This document shows positions 1 through 10,570 of a stretch of DNA of 52,987 bases, piece after piece (the first letter of the stretch is position 1; each line of letters begins with the position of its first letter). The stretch spans positions 1-52,987 of IMG/VR virus record IMGVR_UViG_3300018080_000028. One strand, 5' to 3'. Made by a program: the position numbers and the translations under genes. The stretch comes from a virus (lineage: Duplodnaviria; Caudoviricetes). Under the pieces are notes generated by a model. It was not told where the DNA came from, did not search any database, and saw only the letters and a program-made list of their open reading frames with translations.

Positions 1-123
1 ATCGATGCTATTGACGAACAGTTTGACGAAGATGATGTGGAGGATTTGTCGGCTGTGCCCGATACCAATTTTCAACCTGAGTCAGTGGACTGATTATTGG
101 GTTTATCTGTTTGATGTCAGGGC
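1..123. repeat. Terminal overlap, identical to 52865-52987 (circular assembly)
   Basis: Exact 123-bp direct repeat at both window ends, lying inside coding sequence that continues across the junction. Confidence 0.97.
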
Positions 124-445
124 TGTATCCTGGGATAAACGTGGCAGAAAAATTTTTGAGCCTGTTGAACAGAAGTATCTCAGGATCATCAAATTGATGG
201 ATACGCACGCCGCGCACGATCCGCGCATGAAAAAGGTGCGCAAGGCTGTGATGGGCACGCAGGTTGTGCAACGCGCTGATTTTACCTACTGGCGCGAAAA
301 AGCGCGTGCTCAGGCTAAAATTTCTCCTGTAGACTGGGCGGAACTGTCGCTGAATGAACGAGGGAAGTTAACGGCATTTGTCCGTATTGAAAACATGGTC
401 GAAGGGTTGCGAAGGTATCACGATGAGTTAACCCGGAGGTCATAG
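5..445 (+). CDS. Tail assembly chaperone, second (gpT-like) part; probably made by frameshift from 52268-52957
   Basis: Overlaps the end of the upstream chaperone across the junction in the +1 frame. It has no clear SD, has a C-terminal SPVDWAELSLNER motif typical of gpT-like segments, and lies between tail tube and tape measure genes. Confidence 0.6.
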   Translation: MLLTNSLTKMMWRICRLCPIPIFNLSQWTDYWVYLFDVRAVSWDKRGRKIFEPVEQKYLRIIKLMDTHAAHDPRMKKVRKAVMGTQVVQRADFTYWREKARAQAKISPVDWAELSLNERGKLTAFVRIENMVEGLRRYHDELTRRS

Positions 446-1047
446 TGCCTGTTATACGGTATTATGCCAGCAAACATAAACGAGAGTTCATAAAAGGGTA
501 TCTTGCCTTTTTGCAGGAATGGGGCGAGGATTTTGCGTTTCAACTGGAAAAAATAATTGAAGAGGTTATTGCTCAAACATTTCGTTTTGCAACCTCATTC
601 GGTTCTACAGGAGCCTCCAATCTCGCCAGTCCAGGTGGATTACAGGATGCGCGAGTTAAAACAAATAAAATTGTGACTACCAATCGACGAGGATTGTTGA
701 TTGAACTTCATGCTTTAGTAATTGATCCCAGTGGTTCCCCACATTTGATATGGCATGTGCTCAGTCAGGGGCGTAAACCATATATTTTTCCGCATGGCAA
801 AGTTTCGCCACCAATCCGTAAACGTAAGGGAAAACGCACTGCCCCAGGACAATTGAAGGTCAGCGCTTTTCCGGGATTTGTGGGTGATGAAACTTATGTA
901 ATTCATGGCGGCACACTGGTGGCAGGAATTCCTGCACGTAACTGGTATGCAGCGGCGGTTAAGGAATTTCGCGGCAGAGTTAAGGCTCTGCCAAATACAA
1001 GCCATATGGAAATCCGGCGCAGTGTGATTAAGGATGTGAGGGCTTAA
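445..1047 (+). CDS. Basic virion morphogenesis protein (possibly HK97 gp10-like tail completion)
   Basis: 200 aa with a GTG start abutting the previous stop; Lys/Arg-rich; tail-module position. Confidence 0.45.
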   Translation: MPVIRYYASKHKREFIKGYLAFLQEWGEDFAFQLEKIIEEVIAQTFRFATSFGSTGASNLASPGGLQDARVKTNKIVTTNRRGLLIELHALVIDPSGSPHLIWHVLSQGRKPYIFPHGKVSPPIRKRKGKRTAPGQLKVSAFPGFVGDETYVIHGGTLVAGIPARNWYAAAVKEFRGRVKALPNTSHMEIRRSVIKDVRA

Positions 1048-1049
1048 TC

Positions 1050-4000
1050 ATGCCAAGAACAGCCGGTTTAACTCTCCAACTAAACAATTATAAAGCCTTC
1101 GGCGGGCAGTTAAAAACTCTGGATCGTGCTCTGGGTGATATTGACAAAAGAGTAGATAAAGCCGGTGACGCTTTTGATAAATTAGAGCGTGATCTTGATG
1201 GTACCAACCGTAGCATGGTTCAGGTAGAACAACGCAGCAGCCGTCTCAAAGGTGCTCTGCGAGGTTTGTCCAGCGGCGCACTGGCGATGGGTGCTGCTAT
1301 TTCAGGACCGCTTGCTCTTCTACGAGGCGCGGCCTTATCCGCTGCTGTTGAATTTGAAGATGCTTTTGCTGGTGTGGTGAAAACGCTTGATACTACCGGA
1401 CTCACCGCCGTACAGACCAGCGAATTTCTGGCCGAGTTGTCACAGGATTTGCGCGATCTGGCAACATCAGCGGACAGTCCTGTTTCCAGCCTGGAGAATG
1501 CTCATATTGAATTATCCAGAATAGCGGAACTCGGCGGACAGCTTGGCATTGCCCGTGACGACTTGTTAGGATTCACTGAAACTATCGGTATGCTGACTAT
1601 GGCTACTGATCTTTCTGCTGATTCAGCAGCTATGATGACGGCACAATTTGCCAATATTTTACAAACAAGTGAATTTGGTAGAATTGGTGATGTGATCGTC
1701 GAACTCGGCAATAACATGGCGACCACTGAAAGCCAGATTTTGGAATTTGGGCAGAGGCTGGCAGGCGCTGGCGGAACTGCTGGCATGACCGAAGCACAGA
1801 TACTGGCGTTGGGCGCAGCTATGGCAAGTGTTGGTATCAATGCAGAAGCTGGCGGTAGCGCAATGACCAGGGTTATCAATGAGATGACTACGGCTGTCGC
1901 AACAGGCAATGACCATCTGGCCGTATTCGCTGAACTGGCCGGACAGACTACTGAAGAATTTGCCGAGACATTTCGTAATGAACCAATCGTGGCAATTCAG
2001 GAATTTATTGATGCGCTTGGGCAGTTGGGCAACGAAGAGCAAGTGTTGGCACTGGACAGCTTAAGTCTGGATGGACTTCGTGTGGCCGATACATTACGTC
2101 GTATGGCAGGTGCTGAAGGATTGTTGACTGACGCAGTAGATATGGCAAATCTGGCGTGGGAAGAACAAACTGCGCTGATGACAGAGGCTGAAAAACGCGC
2201 TGAAACTACTAAATCTCAAATGAATTTTCTGAAAAATAATTTGAATGATGTTGCCATCACTATCGGCAATGAATTGTTGCCGGGTTTGAATAATACAATC
2301 TCGCGGCTTGTGCCTTTTTTGCAAACTCTGGCTGACACCAATCCAGAACTCATTCGTATGGCTATTAAAATCGGCAGCGTGTTAACGGTATTGCCGCCAC
2401 TGGTTTTTGGATTATCTCAGGTTGGCTTAGCCCTGGGATCTATCGTAGCGATTGTCCCTTTACTTGGCGGAATTGGAGTAATATTCGCTGGACTTGCGCT
2501 GGTTGTTTCCCAGTTTGGAGATCAAATCGCCGATGCTTTCGCTGAGGTGCGCGGGTTTGTTGAATTTGCAGGAACTGCTATGGGGTTTCTGCCGTCGCAA
2601 ACAACTGTTGGTACTGCTGATCTGCAACGGCAAAATGAGTTGCTTGAGCGCCGGACCGGGATTATGAATCGCCTGTACCTGATGGAAATGGAACAGGCTG
2701 AAAACATGTTGCGCATCGATGAACATCGTATTGAAGCCGGTGATACTCTATGGGATTTGGCACAAGAATACAATACTACCGTTGAAGAACTGCGGCGGCT
2801 TAATCCTGATCTTGATCCAAATCTGCCAATTGGCACAATGTTGACCATCGATAGCCAGGTTGACATTGATACTGAAGCATCACAGCGACAGATTGATGAA
2901 TTAAATGCAGAACTGGAAGAACTGGATCAGACGCTTGAAGAAATGGGACCACCCCCGCATCTGGTAGATTTTGTGGATCGGTTTGCTGAAACCGGATTGT
3001 TTTCGGTTCTGTTTGGTGATGATGTCGGAGCGATTGATCGCGCCCGCGAAACATTTACTTTGATGAGTGATAAAGCAGCCGAATTCAGCGTCCATATCGA
3101 AGATATTCGTGTCGGGTTTTCCAACATTTTCGCTGATGATTTTGAGGCCAGCGGTGAATCGGTACAGCGAGGGCTTGATCTCATCAAAAATGGACTTGCA
3201 TCTTTTATTGAAGGTGATTACGCAAAATCTGTTAGCGAACTCGGCGGAGCAATTGACCAGTTTAAATTGGCCCTGACTCAATTGTTTTCGGAGGATGTTG
3301 AAGGCAGTCTGAACAGGATTCGTACTGGACTGGATGGACTTATTGAAACCGCCGCCGATTTAATGAACATCTGGGGCGGACGTAATATGGGTGATGTTTG
3401 GGCTATTGGTGATGATCTGACTACTGTTCCACAACGCGGTGCTGAACAATTGGGCGGCGGCGGGTTTGTTGATATGATTGGCAATCAGTTAAGGGCTGTG
3501 GCTGAGTTTGATTTTAGCGAACTGGAACAGGCTATTGCTGACAACCTTGCCAGTATAATCCGTGGTGCTGTTTCACTGGCAGGAATTGTGTTGGGTGGCC
3601 CAGTGGGAATGGGACTTGGTTTTGTTAACATTGTTTTGATGGCAATCGAAAATGATTTTCTTGGTATTGGAACTGCTCTTGAAAAAACAGGTATACTGCA
3701 AACAATACGGGATGCGGTCACTGTTGTTTCTGATGCTATCGAAGGGATTTTCATGACAGAAACCGGCGAGTTTGATTCTGAGGCCGGTCAACAATGGGTT
3801 GATTTACTTGATAATATCAGAATAGTTTTTTCATCGATTGGTAGTGCATTAGCCAGTCTGTTTGGGCCAGCAGTGTCCTCAATATTGGAGGGCATTGTCA
3901 CCGATATTATCCCAGGCATTCTTGATATAGCTAACGGCATTTCGGAATTTTTTGCGATTCTGGCTGGTAAGGAAGGTGAAGGAACAGCTCAGGACGCAGA

Positions 4001-5630
4001 AGATGCGGAAAGTGCAATTGCAACTTTAGGTCGTGTTCTTGGTGTAATTGCGGACCTTGGTGTAAGCATTGTTGGCGGAGCATTAAGTGGGATTGGTGAT
4101 GCCCTGCCAATCATAGCAGATTCCATTGTTATGTTCATTCAGGCTATTGGTGAACTTGGCGAAGGAGACGTTGATTCTTTTATAAGGCTTGTACATGAGG
4201 GATTTGGCAATCTGGCCGGAGCATTGCTTGCTATTCCTGCTGGTATAGCAGATTCACTAATTGAAATGCTCGAAGGGCTTTTTGGTATTGAAATGTTAGA
4301 TGTATCTCAGGTGGTTGACCTGATTGAAACTGGGTGGAATATTATTTCGATTGTGATTGATCGTATCGTCAGAGAATTGAGCAGCAAAATCGTAGATTTC
4401 CAGGTCATGATTGTCACACAGATCGCAGAACTTGAAGAGCTTCTTGGCGGAGTGTCTGATCCAACCAGAGGGCAATTGGAAACTCTTATTACTCAACAAC
4501 AGGCCACGGCTCAGGCCGATGCTTTTACAGATGCGTTACAACAACAAATTAATGCCAATATGCTTGATTTTGATATGCACATACCAGTGGAAAGTTTTAC
4601 TCCTGGCATGGAAGGGGTTGATGCTGGCGGCGCAATGATGCAATTTTTGCGTACACCTCATGTAATCGATGCAATGGGGACTGAGGCTCGACTGGCAATT
4701 GAGGATGCACTGGCGTTGATGGCTTCGGAAGGGATAACTCCGCCAGAAGAGTTGCTTGCAGCGGCCAGCGAAATTGGAGCAATGATACCGGACAGTATAG
4801 TGAGTAGTATGGCTGAAAGACAGGAAGAGCTTAATGCCGCCGCTGAAGCATCGATAGCTGAAGTAACTGAAACTATTTCTAGTTTTCTCGACACAATAAG
4901 TGAAGGAGAAGAAACAACTTTTGGTTCCAAAATTCCCGATGGTCTTATTCTGGGAATTGAAGAAGGCCAAGAGGATTTGAACCAGGCTTTTATTGACGCT
5001 GCCAATGAAGGACTTAATTCAATGCGAGATGCTTTTGCAACACATAGTCCTTCTCAGGTTACAGCCTCAATAGGTATTGATGTGCTGGCCGGACTTGGAG
5101 CTGGAATGATGCAGGGCATCCATTATCTGGATAGTCCTCTGGCTGCTGCTGTCTCCCGATTTGTGCTGATTACCAATGCCGGGAAACGGATGGAAAATCA
5201 GCTTACTCAATCGTGGGCGCATATCACTGCCGCAATTGTTCGCGCTACCGATGCGATGCGTGAATTCCTGTCATTATCCGGCGGCGGTGCCAATGTCCCA
5301 GGCGGTGGTCGGCAGTTTGGCGGATCAGTGGAGGGACGGCAGCATGGCGGCGGTGTATATCGTTTTGGTGAAGGCGGCAACCATGAGATTTTTAGCACCA
5401 GGAGTGGACGCAATTACCTTCTTCCGGGAGAGGGAGGCCATGTATATCCAGGCCGGGTTTCCGAGGTCCAGGCTGTAGGCGGCGGCGCTCCCATGATTTC
5501 ATACAATGTTGATTCGATCAGCATTCACCCTAACGCCGGTGATACCGTAACTCCTGAATTGATTGCTGAGGGATTACAATTGCACGCTGAAATGTATCCG
5601 CCGCAACGCAGAATGAGGAGCAGACTCTGA
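1050..5630 (+). CDS. Tail tape measure protein with internal LysM domain
   Basis: 1526 aa, Ala/Gly-rich helical; TP901-type core (FEDAFAGVVKT, ELGNNMATTESQI, AEAGGSAM); LysM at 2724-2849; C-terminal HSPS motif. Confidence 0.95.
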   Translation: MPRTAGLTLQLNNYKAFGGQLKTLDRALGDIDKRVDKAGDAFDKLERDLDGTNRSMVQVEQRSSRLKGALRGLSSGALAMGAAISGPLALLRGAALSAAVEFEDAFAGVVKTLDTTGLTAVQTSEFLAELSQDLRDLATSADSPVSSLENAHIELSRIAELGGQLGIARDDLLGFTETIGMLTMATDLSADSAAMMTAQFANILQTSEFGRIGDVIVELGNNMATTESQILEFGQRLAGAGGTAGMTEAQILALGAAMASVGINAEAGGSAMTRVINEMTTAVATGNDHLAVFAELAGQTTEEFAETFRNEPIVAIQEFIDALGQLGNEEQVLALDSLSLDGLRVADTLRRMAGAEGLLTDAVDMANLAWEEQTALMTEAEKRAETTKSQMNFLKNNLNDVAITIGNELLPGLNNTISRLVPFLQTLADTNPELIRMAIKIGSVLTVLPPLVFGLSQVGLALGSIVAIVPLLGGIGVIFAGLALVVSQFGDQIADAFAEVRGFVEFAGTAMGFLPSQTTVGTADLQRQNELLERRTGIMNRLYLMEMEQAENMLRIDEHRIEAGDTLWDLAQEYNTTVEELRRLNPDLDPNLPIGTMLTIDSQVDIDTEASQRQIDELNAELEELDQTLEEMGPPPHLVDFVDRFAETGLFSVLFGDDVGAIDRARETFTLMSDKAAEFSVHIEDIRVGFSNIFADDFEASGESVQRGLDLIKNGLASFIEGDYAKSVSELGGAIDQFKLALTQLFSEDVEGSLNRIRTGLDGLIETAADLMNIWGGRNMGDVWAIGDDLTTVPQRGAEQLGGGGFVDMIGNQLRAVAEFDFSELEQAIADNLASIIRGAVSLAGIVLGGPVGMGLGFVNIVLMAIENDFLGIGTALEKTGILQTIRDAVTVVSDAIEGIFMTETGEFDSEAGQQWVDLLDNIRIVFSSIGSALASLFGPAVSSILEGIVTDIIPGILDIANGISEFFAILAGKEGEGTAQDAEDAESAIATLGRVLGVIADLGVSIVGGALSGIGDALPIIADSIVMFIQAIGELGEGDVDSFIRLVHEGFGNLAGALLAIPAGIADSLIEMLEGLFGIEMLDVSQVVDLIETGWNIISIVIDRIVRELSSKIVDFQVMIVTQIAELEELLGGVSDPTRGQLETLITQQQATAQADAFTDALQQQINANMLDFDMHIPVESFTPGMEGVDAGGAMMQFLRTPHVIDAMGTEARLAIEDALALMASEGITPPEELLAAASEIGAMIPDSIVSSMAERQEELNAAAEASIAEVTETISSFLDTISEGEETTFGSKIPDGLILGIEEGQEDLNQAFIDAANEGLNSMRDAFATHSPSQVTASIGIDVLAGLGAGMMQGIHYLDSPLAAAVSRFVLITNAGKRMENQLTQSWAHITAAIVRATDAMREFLSLSGGGANVPGGGRQFGGSVEGRQHGGGVYRFGEGGNHEIFSTRSGRNYLLPGEGGHVYPGRVSEVQAVGGGAPMISYNVDSISIHPNAGDTVTPELIAEGLQLHAEMYPPQRRMRSRL

Positions 5631-6781
5631 TGCCAAGAACTATTATGCAGATGCCAACCATTGCTCAGATTGGGGATTTGCCGTTACATATGCACCTATC
5701 TGAATGGCATGGACGCGAACTGTCGGCGCAGGGTAAATCATATGAATTGACCACTTCTTATCGCGCTGCCATAGCGCATAATCCTTATATCCCGGAAATG
5801 CAGGATGTGTCGTTGAAGGTCGTTATTTATGCTGTGCATGGATTGAGCGTATCACATTTGCGCAATCTGCTCGAACGTTTGCTTGGCAGGCATCTTGATA
5901 TTTTTGCTTACGAGATGATTGGATGCCAGGACGATTTTGGATATTGTTGTTGCCAGTACGGATACGCTGACCTGCTCTGGTTAAAAACGGTTGGCCGGTT
6001 GACTGATGTCAGATTAAATTCATCTGATTTCAGATTTTTAACCGGAAGAATCGATCTCGAATTACACAGCTACTGGACACCGGTTTCAACTGCCATCTGG
6101 AAGATCGGCAGCAAAGACTATGCCACACCAGCGTTTACTGATGATGAAACTATAGCCGCACCTTATGAGGATCACATTACCCCCTACCCCGGACCTGAAA
6201 AATGGTTGCGGACCAAAACTTTACAATCGTGGTATTCGCTCAGACCGGTCGATAGATCGTTTGTTTATGACCCTGACTACGGAGTGGCGCTATGCAACAA
6301 ACATGATCCAAATCTACCGCGCTGTCGTTATGCCAGCACATGGGCAGTTTGTCCAGGTGGGAATCCGCCGTCTTACGCGGTTTTTGCTACTCAACCGCGC
6401 TGGTCTGCGCCGCCGTCGTCACTTTATATGTTTAAGGGATTTGAGAATGGAGATACCGATCTTCTGACGATCGAGGTCCGCCGTGAAGATGAAATCTGGG
6501 ATATTGCTCAAACTACCACAACCATCGATGTCGGGGAAATAGATGATTTGATGACGACTGCCGGTTACACGCTCGCTACCACTGATGTGATTGTGGTTGG
6601 AGATGTATTGCAACAACCGGGTTTTGTATTACGCGCCGGAGAGAAACTGGTGTTTATCGGATCAGCCGTAACACGAGATGGTGGAATGTGGCCGGGCCAA
6701 TTGGCACCGGGTTACAACCGGATTGTGATTGATTCGAGCGACGGTTATCACGCACAGCATCATGTGTTCAGGAGTCTGTAA
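5630..6781 (+). CDS. Putative distal tail protein
   Basis: Directly follows the tape measure (TGATG coupling); C-terminal LAPGYNRIVI resembles Dit L-x-PG-x-N motifs. Confidence 0.6.
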   Translation: MPRTIMQMPTIAQIGDLPLHMHLSEWHGRELSAQGKSYELTTSYRAAIAHNPYIPEMQDVSLKVVIYAVHGLSVSHLRNLLERLLGRHLDIFAYEMIGCQDDFGYCCCQYGYADLLWLKTVGRLTDVRLNSSDFRFLTGRIDLELHSYWTPVSTAIWKIGSKDYATPAFTDDETIAAPYEDHITPYPGPEKWLRTKTLQSWYSLRPVDRSFVYDPDYGVALCNKHDPNLPRCRYASTWAVCPGGNPPSYAVFATQPRWSAPPSSLYMFKGFENGDTDLLTIEVRREDEIWDIAQTTTTIDVGEIDDLMTTAGYTLATTDVIVVGDVLQQPGFVLRAGEKLVFIGSAVTRDGGMWPGQLAPGYNRIVIDSSDGYHAQHHVFRSL

Positions 6782-8331
6782 TGTATCTAATGCGTTTGAA
6801 TGGCCGGGATTTGCCCGTTTCAAAACTGTCGTTAAAGATTCAGCAGTCTAAAATACCGACCTTTGAAGCGATTGTCCCTCTTAAACTGGTTGGAGCAACA
6901 CCTGAAGAACTGTTGTTTGCCGACACTGCGATATATGAAGATGGGCAACTTGTGATTGCCGGAATAGTGTCTGGCATTCCGATACCGGTTCTTTATGATG
7001 GCAATGTCGGATTTTTGCGTATTATGGCCGACGATAGCCTGGGATTGCTTTATCTCGAAGAAGCTGTAGACCTCCATTTCCAGAATACCAATATCAGCGC
7101 TGCTCTAACGCTGTTGCTCGCCACCACAACTTTATCGACGTGGGCTGTTGGAGATACGAGCACTCTGGTCAATGATCCTATTACAGTTGACGTTCGTAAT
7201 AAAGAAACATTGTGGGCGCAAATTCAGGGATGTGTTGCAGCGCTTGAGAACCCGACATACGTTCGGTATGGTGGGATCGTTGCCGGAATTCACCAGCTTG
7301 ATCTCGGCAGTTTTGGCGAAAACAACCCGGATTTAAGGGCAGTTCAGGGTGATAACTTGATTGATATGCCAAAATTTAAACGCGCAAATACAGACCCGAT
7401 AAAAACCATGCGCCCGATTTCAGGCAAGGTTGGTGGAGCAGTAGTTGATTTGTCGCGGGCTTTAAACATTCAGCCTGGTCTGGCGGCTGATCCAGATTAT
7501 CCGCTTAATGCAGGTTCGCAAACTATTACAAACAATACCATCACAGTTGGTGTGCGAGTGCGAAAAACATTTACTACTGTGAAAACCAGCAATGCCAGCG
7601 CCCCGACTGATGCGGAACGCGACGAGGCTGCGCTCTGTCTGTACTATACGGCAGTGCGCGAGATCAAAAGACGCAATCCCAAAACACAGTGTTCTTTTGA
7701 TGTTTTTTTGCCGCAACTGCCGCCCGTAAATGATAAAATCTGGGTCGATTTTACGGTGTATGAACGTATGTACGACGAGTATCAGGAAATATGGGAATAC
7801 ATACAAACATCTGAATTGCGTGGATGGTTTCGGATAACGTCTGTTTCTGCTAAAATTACAAGTAATGTCTCATCGTCGGATATGATCGAAGAACAAAAAA
7901 CGGATGGACAGATATACGCAATAACCGTCACAGATGGTGACGATGCTGACATTTATGATGCCAATGATGTGTTGTTTTCTAAGCTAGATGAAAACGAACT
8001 TGAAGATGCTGCGGACGGGATCACCGGCGTAATCTGGGCCACATCGGTTGATGTTACATGGTTTGGTGTTGGCGGGAACTGTGATCGTGGTGGTGGTGCC
8101 GGGCCAAACAGCGGCAGGATATTCAGTTTTCCAATGCCAACCATTCCGGCTGGCGCAACGATTGTAGATGCGATGATCACTAACAGGTCTGACTCAACGA
8201 CACAATGGATTGTATTAACCAATGCAGCATTACCGGCCACCAATTATAGCATCTGCTCAAGCGGTTCAGGACCTGCGAATTGGGGAGTTGGTGACAACAT
8301 TACTTATCGAGCAACTTATGTGTTTAGGTAG
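6781..8331 (+). CDS. Putative baseplate hub / tail tip protein
   Basis: 516 aa, beta-rich, in the canonical position after Dit. Confidence 0.6.
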   Translation: MYLMRLNGRDLPVSKLSLKIQQSKIPTFEAIVPLKLVGATPEELLFADTAIYEDGQLVIAGIVSGIPIPVLYDGNVGFLRIMADDSLGLLYLEEAVDLHFQNTNISAALTLLLATTTLSTWAVGDTSTLVNDPITVDVRNKETLWAQIQGCVAALENPTYVRYGGIVAGIHQLDLGSFGENNPDLRAVQGDNLIDMPKFKRANTDPIKTMRPISGKVGGAVVDLSRALNIQPGLAADPDYPLNAGSQTITNNTITVGVRVRKTFTTVKTSNASAPTDAERDEAALCLYYTAVREIKRRNPKTQCSFDVFLPQLPPVNDKIWVDFTVYERMYDEYQEIWEYIQTSELRGWFRITSVSAKITSNVSSSDMIEEQKTDGQIYAITVTDGDDADIYDANDVLFSKLDENELEDAADGITGVIWATSVDVTWFGVGGNCDRGGGAGPNSGRIFSFPMPTIPAGATIVDAMITNRSDSTTQWIVLTNAALPATNYSICSSGSGPANWGVGDNITYRATYVFR

Positions 8332-8340
8332 GAGTTAATC

Positions 8341-9453
8341 ATGGTGCTTGGCGATTGTGTGGCATGGAACAGTCTTTTTCCTCTGGGAGATGGTTGTGAT
8401 GTACTTGATAAAATAAAACGGGCAATGTTGTTGCTTGATACATCTATCTGTGGCGGCTGCGTTGCAGAACTGGATGCCGCTGTTCTTCCGGCTGCGTTTT
8501 TGGCGACCGGTTGGGGTGGTGATGCCCCGGAGCTGTGCAACGTCTTGTGGGTGTTTCGTAGCGACGGCAATATTTATATCAGTTGGGATTACGGAATAAC
8601 ATGGCAACTGATTTTTGGCGGCACAGGTGCGTCGGTGAGCAGTGTTATTTTGACTGACATAACCAACAATTCCGGTGCCAATTTGATACAGGGTGATGTT
8701 GTTGTCTGGGATTACACTCTGGATAAGGCTGTGAAAACTACGACGCAACTGGACCATCCCGATATTGCAGGTGTGTGGCAAAGCGCTAACACATTACACG
8801 GCAATACAGGCCAGATGATGGTGCTCGGTATCATGGATGTAGACTGTGATATGGCAATGAGTCGCGGTGATAAAGTAATCACATCTACGACTGCTGGAGA
8901 AGGAACTGCTGCTTATAGCGGTCATGTAATCGCTATTGCTCTGGAAAATACAGGCGCTGCCGGATTTTGTGAATGTTTTGTGGCACCACAATTTATGCAG
9001 ACCGGCGCATTGTACACCCACGAGTTGGCTGCAGGCGTTGGTGCACCGGCAATTGTCGCCGGGGTATGGACTACGATTCTTTACAATACCCTTAAATACG
9101 ATCCTCACAGTCTGGCTGTACTGGCCGCAGGACAGTTTACACTCGATGCCGGGGTCTATGATATTGTTGCGGGGCACGATTCCTATCGCTGTGGCAATAC
9201 AGCTTTGCGGTTGCAGAACGTGACGACCGCTGCAACACTGGTTGATGTTTGCCACTGGATACAACACCAAACGACTAATGTCTGGTCTGAACATGTTCAT
9301 TTAGCAGGGACTTTTGTGTCTAATGGAACTGATTTATTAGAAATCCAGATCATGGCATCAATATTTGGTGGAGTTGGATCACAGGGGAATGCCTGTACGC
9401 CTCCAAATGGTGGAAATGAAGTGTATGGTTACGTTCATTTCGTCAGGAGATAA
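8341..9453 (+). CDS. Tail fibre / receptor-binding protein, copy 1
   Basis: Strong SD (AGGAG); Asp-box SWDYGITW; DUF2190-like beta-clip middle region; C1q/jelly-roll-like C-terminus. Confidence 0.7.
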   Translation: MVLGDCVAWNSLFPLGDGCDVLDKIKRAMLLLDTSICGGCVAELDAAVLPAAFLATGWGGDAPELCNVLWVFRSDGNIYISWDYGITWQLIFGGTGASVSSVILTDITNNSGANLIQGDVVVWDYTLDKAVKTTTQLDHPDIAGVWQSANTLHGNTGQMMVLGIMDVDCDMAMSRGDKVITSTTAGEGTAAYSGHVIAIALENTGAAGFCECFVAPQFMQTGALYTHELAAGVGAPAIVAGVWTTILYNTLKYDPHSLAVLAAGQFTLDAGVYDIVAGHDSYRCGNTALRLQNVTTAATLVDVCHWIQHQTTNVWSEHVHLAGTFVSNGTDLLEIQIMASIFGGVGSQGNACTPPNGGNEVYGYVHFVRR

Positions 9454-9455
9454 AT

Positions 9456-10568
9456 ATGTCTGGTGGTGACTGTTTAGTAAAAAGCAATCTTTTTCCAGTA
9501 GGGTACGGATGTGATGCCATTGATAGGATCAAAGCCTTTTTTTTGTTGATGGATACAGCCGTTTGTGGAAACTGCTGGAGAGAGCTTAATGCTGCTGTTG
9601 CGTTGCCAGATTTTATAACCGTTGGTTGGGGAGGCGATCCCCCGGAAATGTGTAATGTTTTATGGGTGTTTCGCAGTGATGGCAATATTTATGTGTCTTG
9701 TGATTACGGTGTTACATGGACGCTGATTTATTCGCCTGCTGGACCAGCGCTGGTAACACAGATTATCGTCAGTGAAATCACAAACAACTCAGGGGCAGCT
9801 TTACTTAAAGGTGATGTCGTTATCTGGGACCCGACAATTTACAAAGGGGTTACGACTACAACACAGATTGACCACGCTGATATTGCCGGTGTATGGTACA
9901 GCGCCAATACACCGCATGGCGGATCAGGCGAGATGCTTGTGCTTGGCATTACAGATGTTGATTGTGATGCTGCTGTAACTCGTGGGGATAAGTTAGTCAC
10001 GTCTACAACTGCTGGCGAGGCTACCTCTGCGTACAGCGGGCACGTAATAGCGGTTGCTCTCGAAACTACAGGTGGAGCAGGGTTTTGTGAGGCGTTTGTT
10101 TCGCCACAGTTTTTGCAGACGGGTGCATTGTACACTCATGAAACAGCCGCCGGTGTAAATGCTGGCGCGACCGTCGCTGCAACGTGGGTGACATTGCCGT
10201 ACAATACGCTAAAATATGATCCACACAATCTGGTTGCGTTGGCCGCAGGGCAGTTTACGCTTGATGCTGGCGTATATGACGTTGATATAGTGCATGATTC
10301 CTATCGCTGTGGAGACACCGCTTTACGATTACAAAATGTCACAACAGTTACAACTTTAATTGATGTCTGCCATTGGATACAGCATAATACAACCAGCATT
10401 TACTCCGAGCATTGTCATCTGGTGGGGACTTTTGTTTCTAACGGGACAGACTTGTTGGAGATACAAATGATGGCATCGATCAACTGGGCTACCGGACAGG
10501 GAGCTGCTTGTACTCCACCAAATGGCGGAAATGAAGTTTACGGTTACGTTAGATTTGTCAGGAGGTAA
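9456..10568 (+). CDS. Tail fibre / receptor-binding protein, copy 2 (paralogue of 8341-9453)
   Basis: Same 370-aa length; about 75% identical over a 122-aa block compared by hand. Confidence 0.7.
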   Translation: MSGGDCLVKSNLFPVGYGCDAIDRIKAFFLLMDTAVCGNCWRELNAAVALPDFITVGWGGDPPEMCNVLWVFRSDGNIYVSCDYGVTWTLIYSPAGPALVTQIIVSEITNNSGAALLKGDVVIWDPTIYKGVTTTTQIDHADIAGVWYSANTPHGGSGEMLVLGITDVDCDAAVTRGDKLVTSTTAGEATSAYSGHVIAVALETTGGAGFCEAFVSPQFLQTGALYTHETAAGVNAGATVAATWVTLPYNTLKYDPHNLVALAAGQFTLDAGVYDVDIVHDSYRCGDTALRLQNVTTVTTLIDVCHWIQHNTTSIYSEHCHLVGTFVSNGTDLLEIQMMASINWATGQGAACTPPNGGNEVYGYVRFVRR

Positions 10569-10570
10569 TC

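Noticed and set aside
8341-10568. Diversity-generating retroelement TR/VR pair
   Set aside because: Both copies are full genes, the differences are not adenine-specific, and no reverse transcriptase is present.
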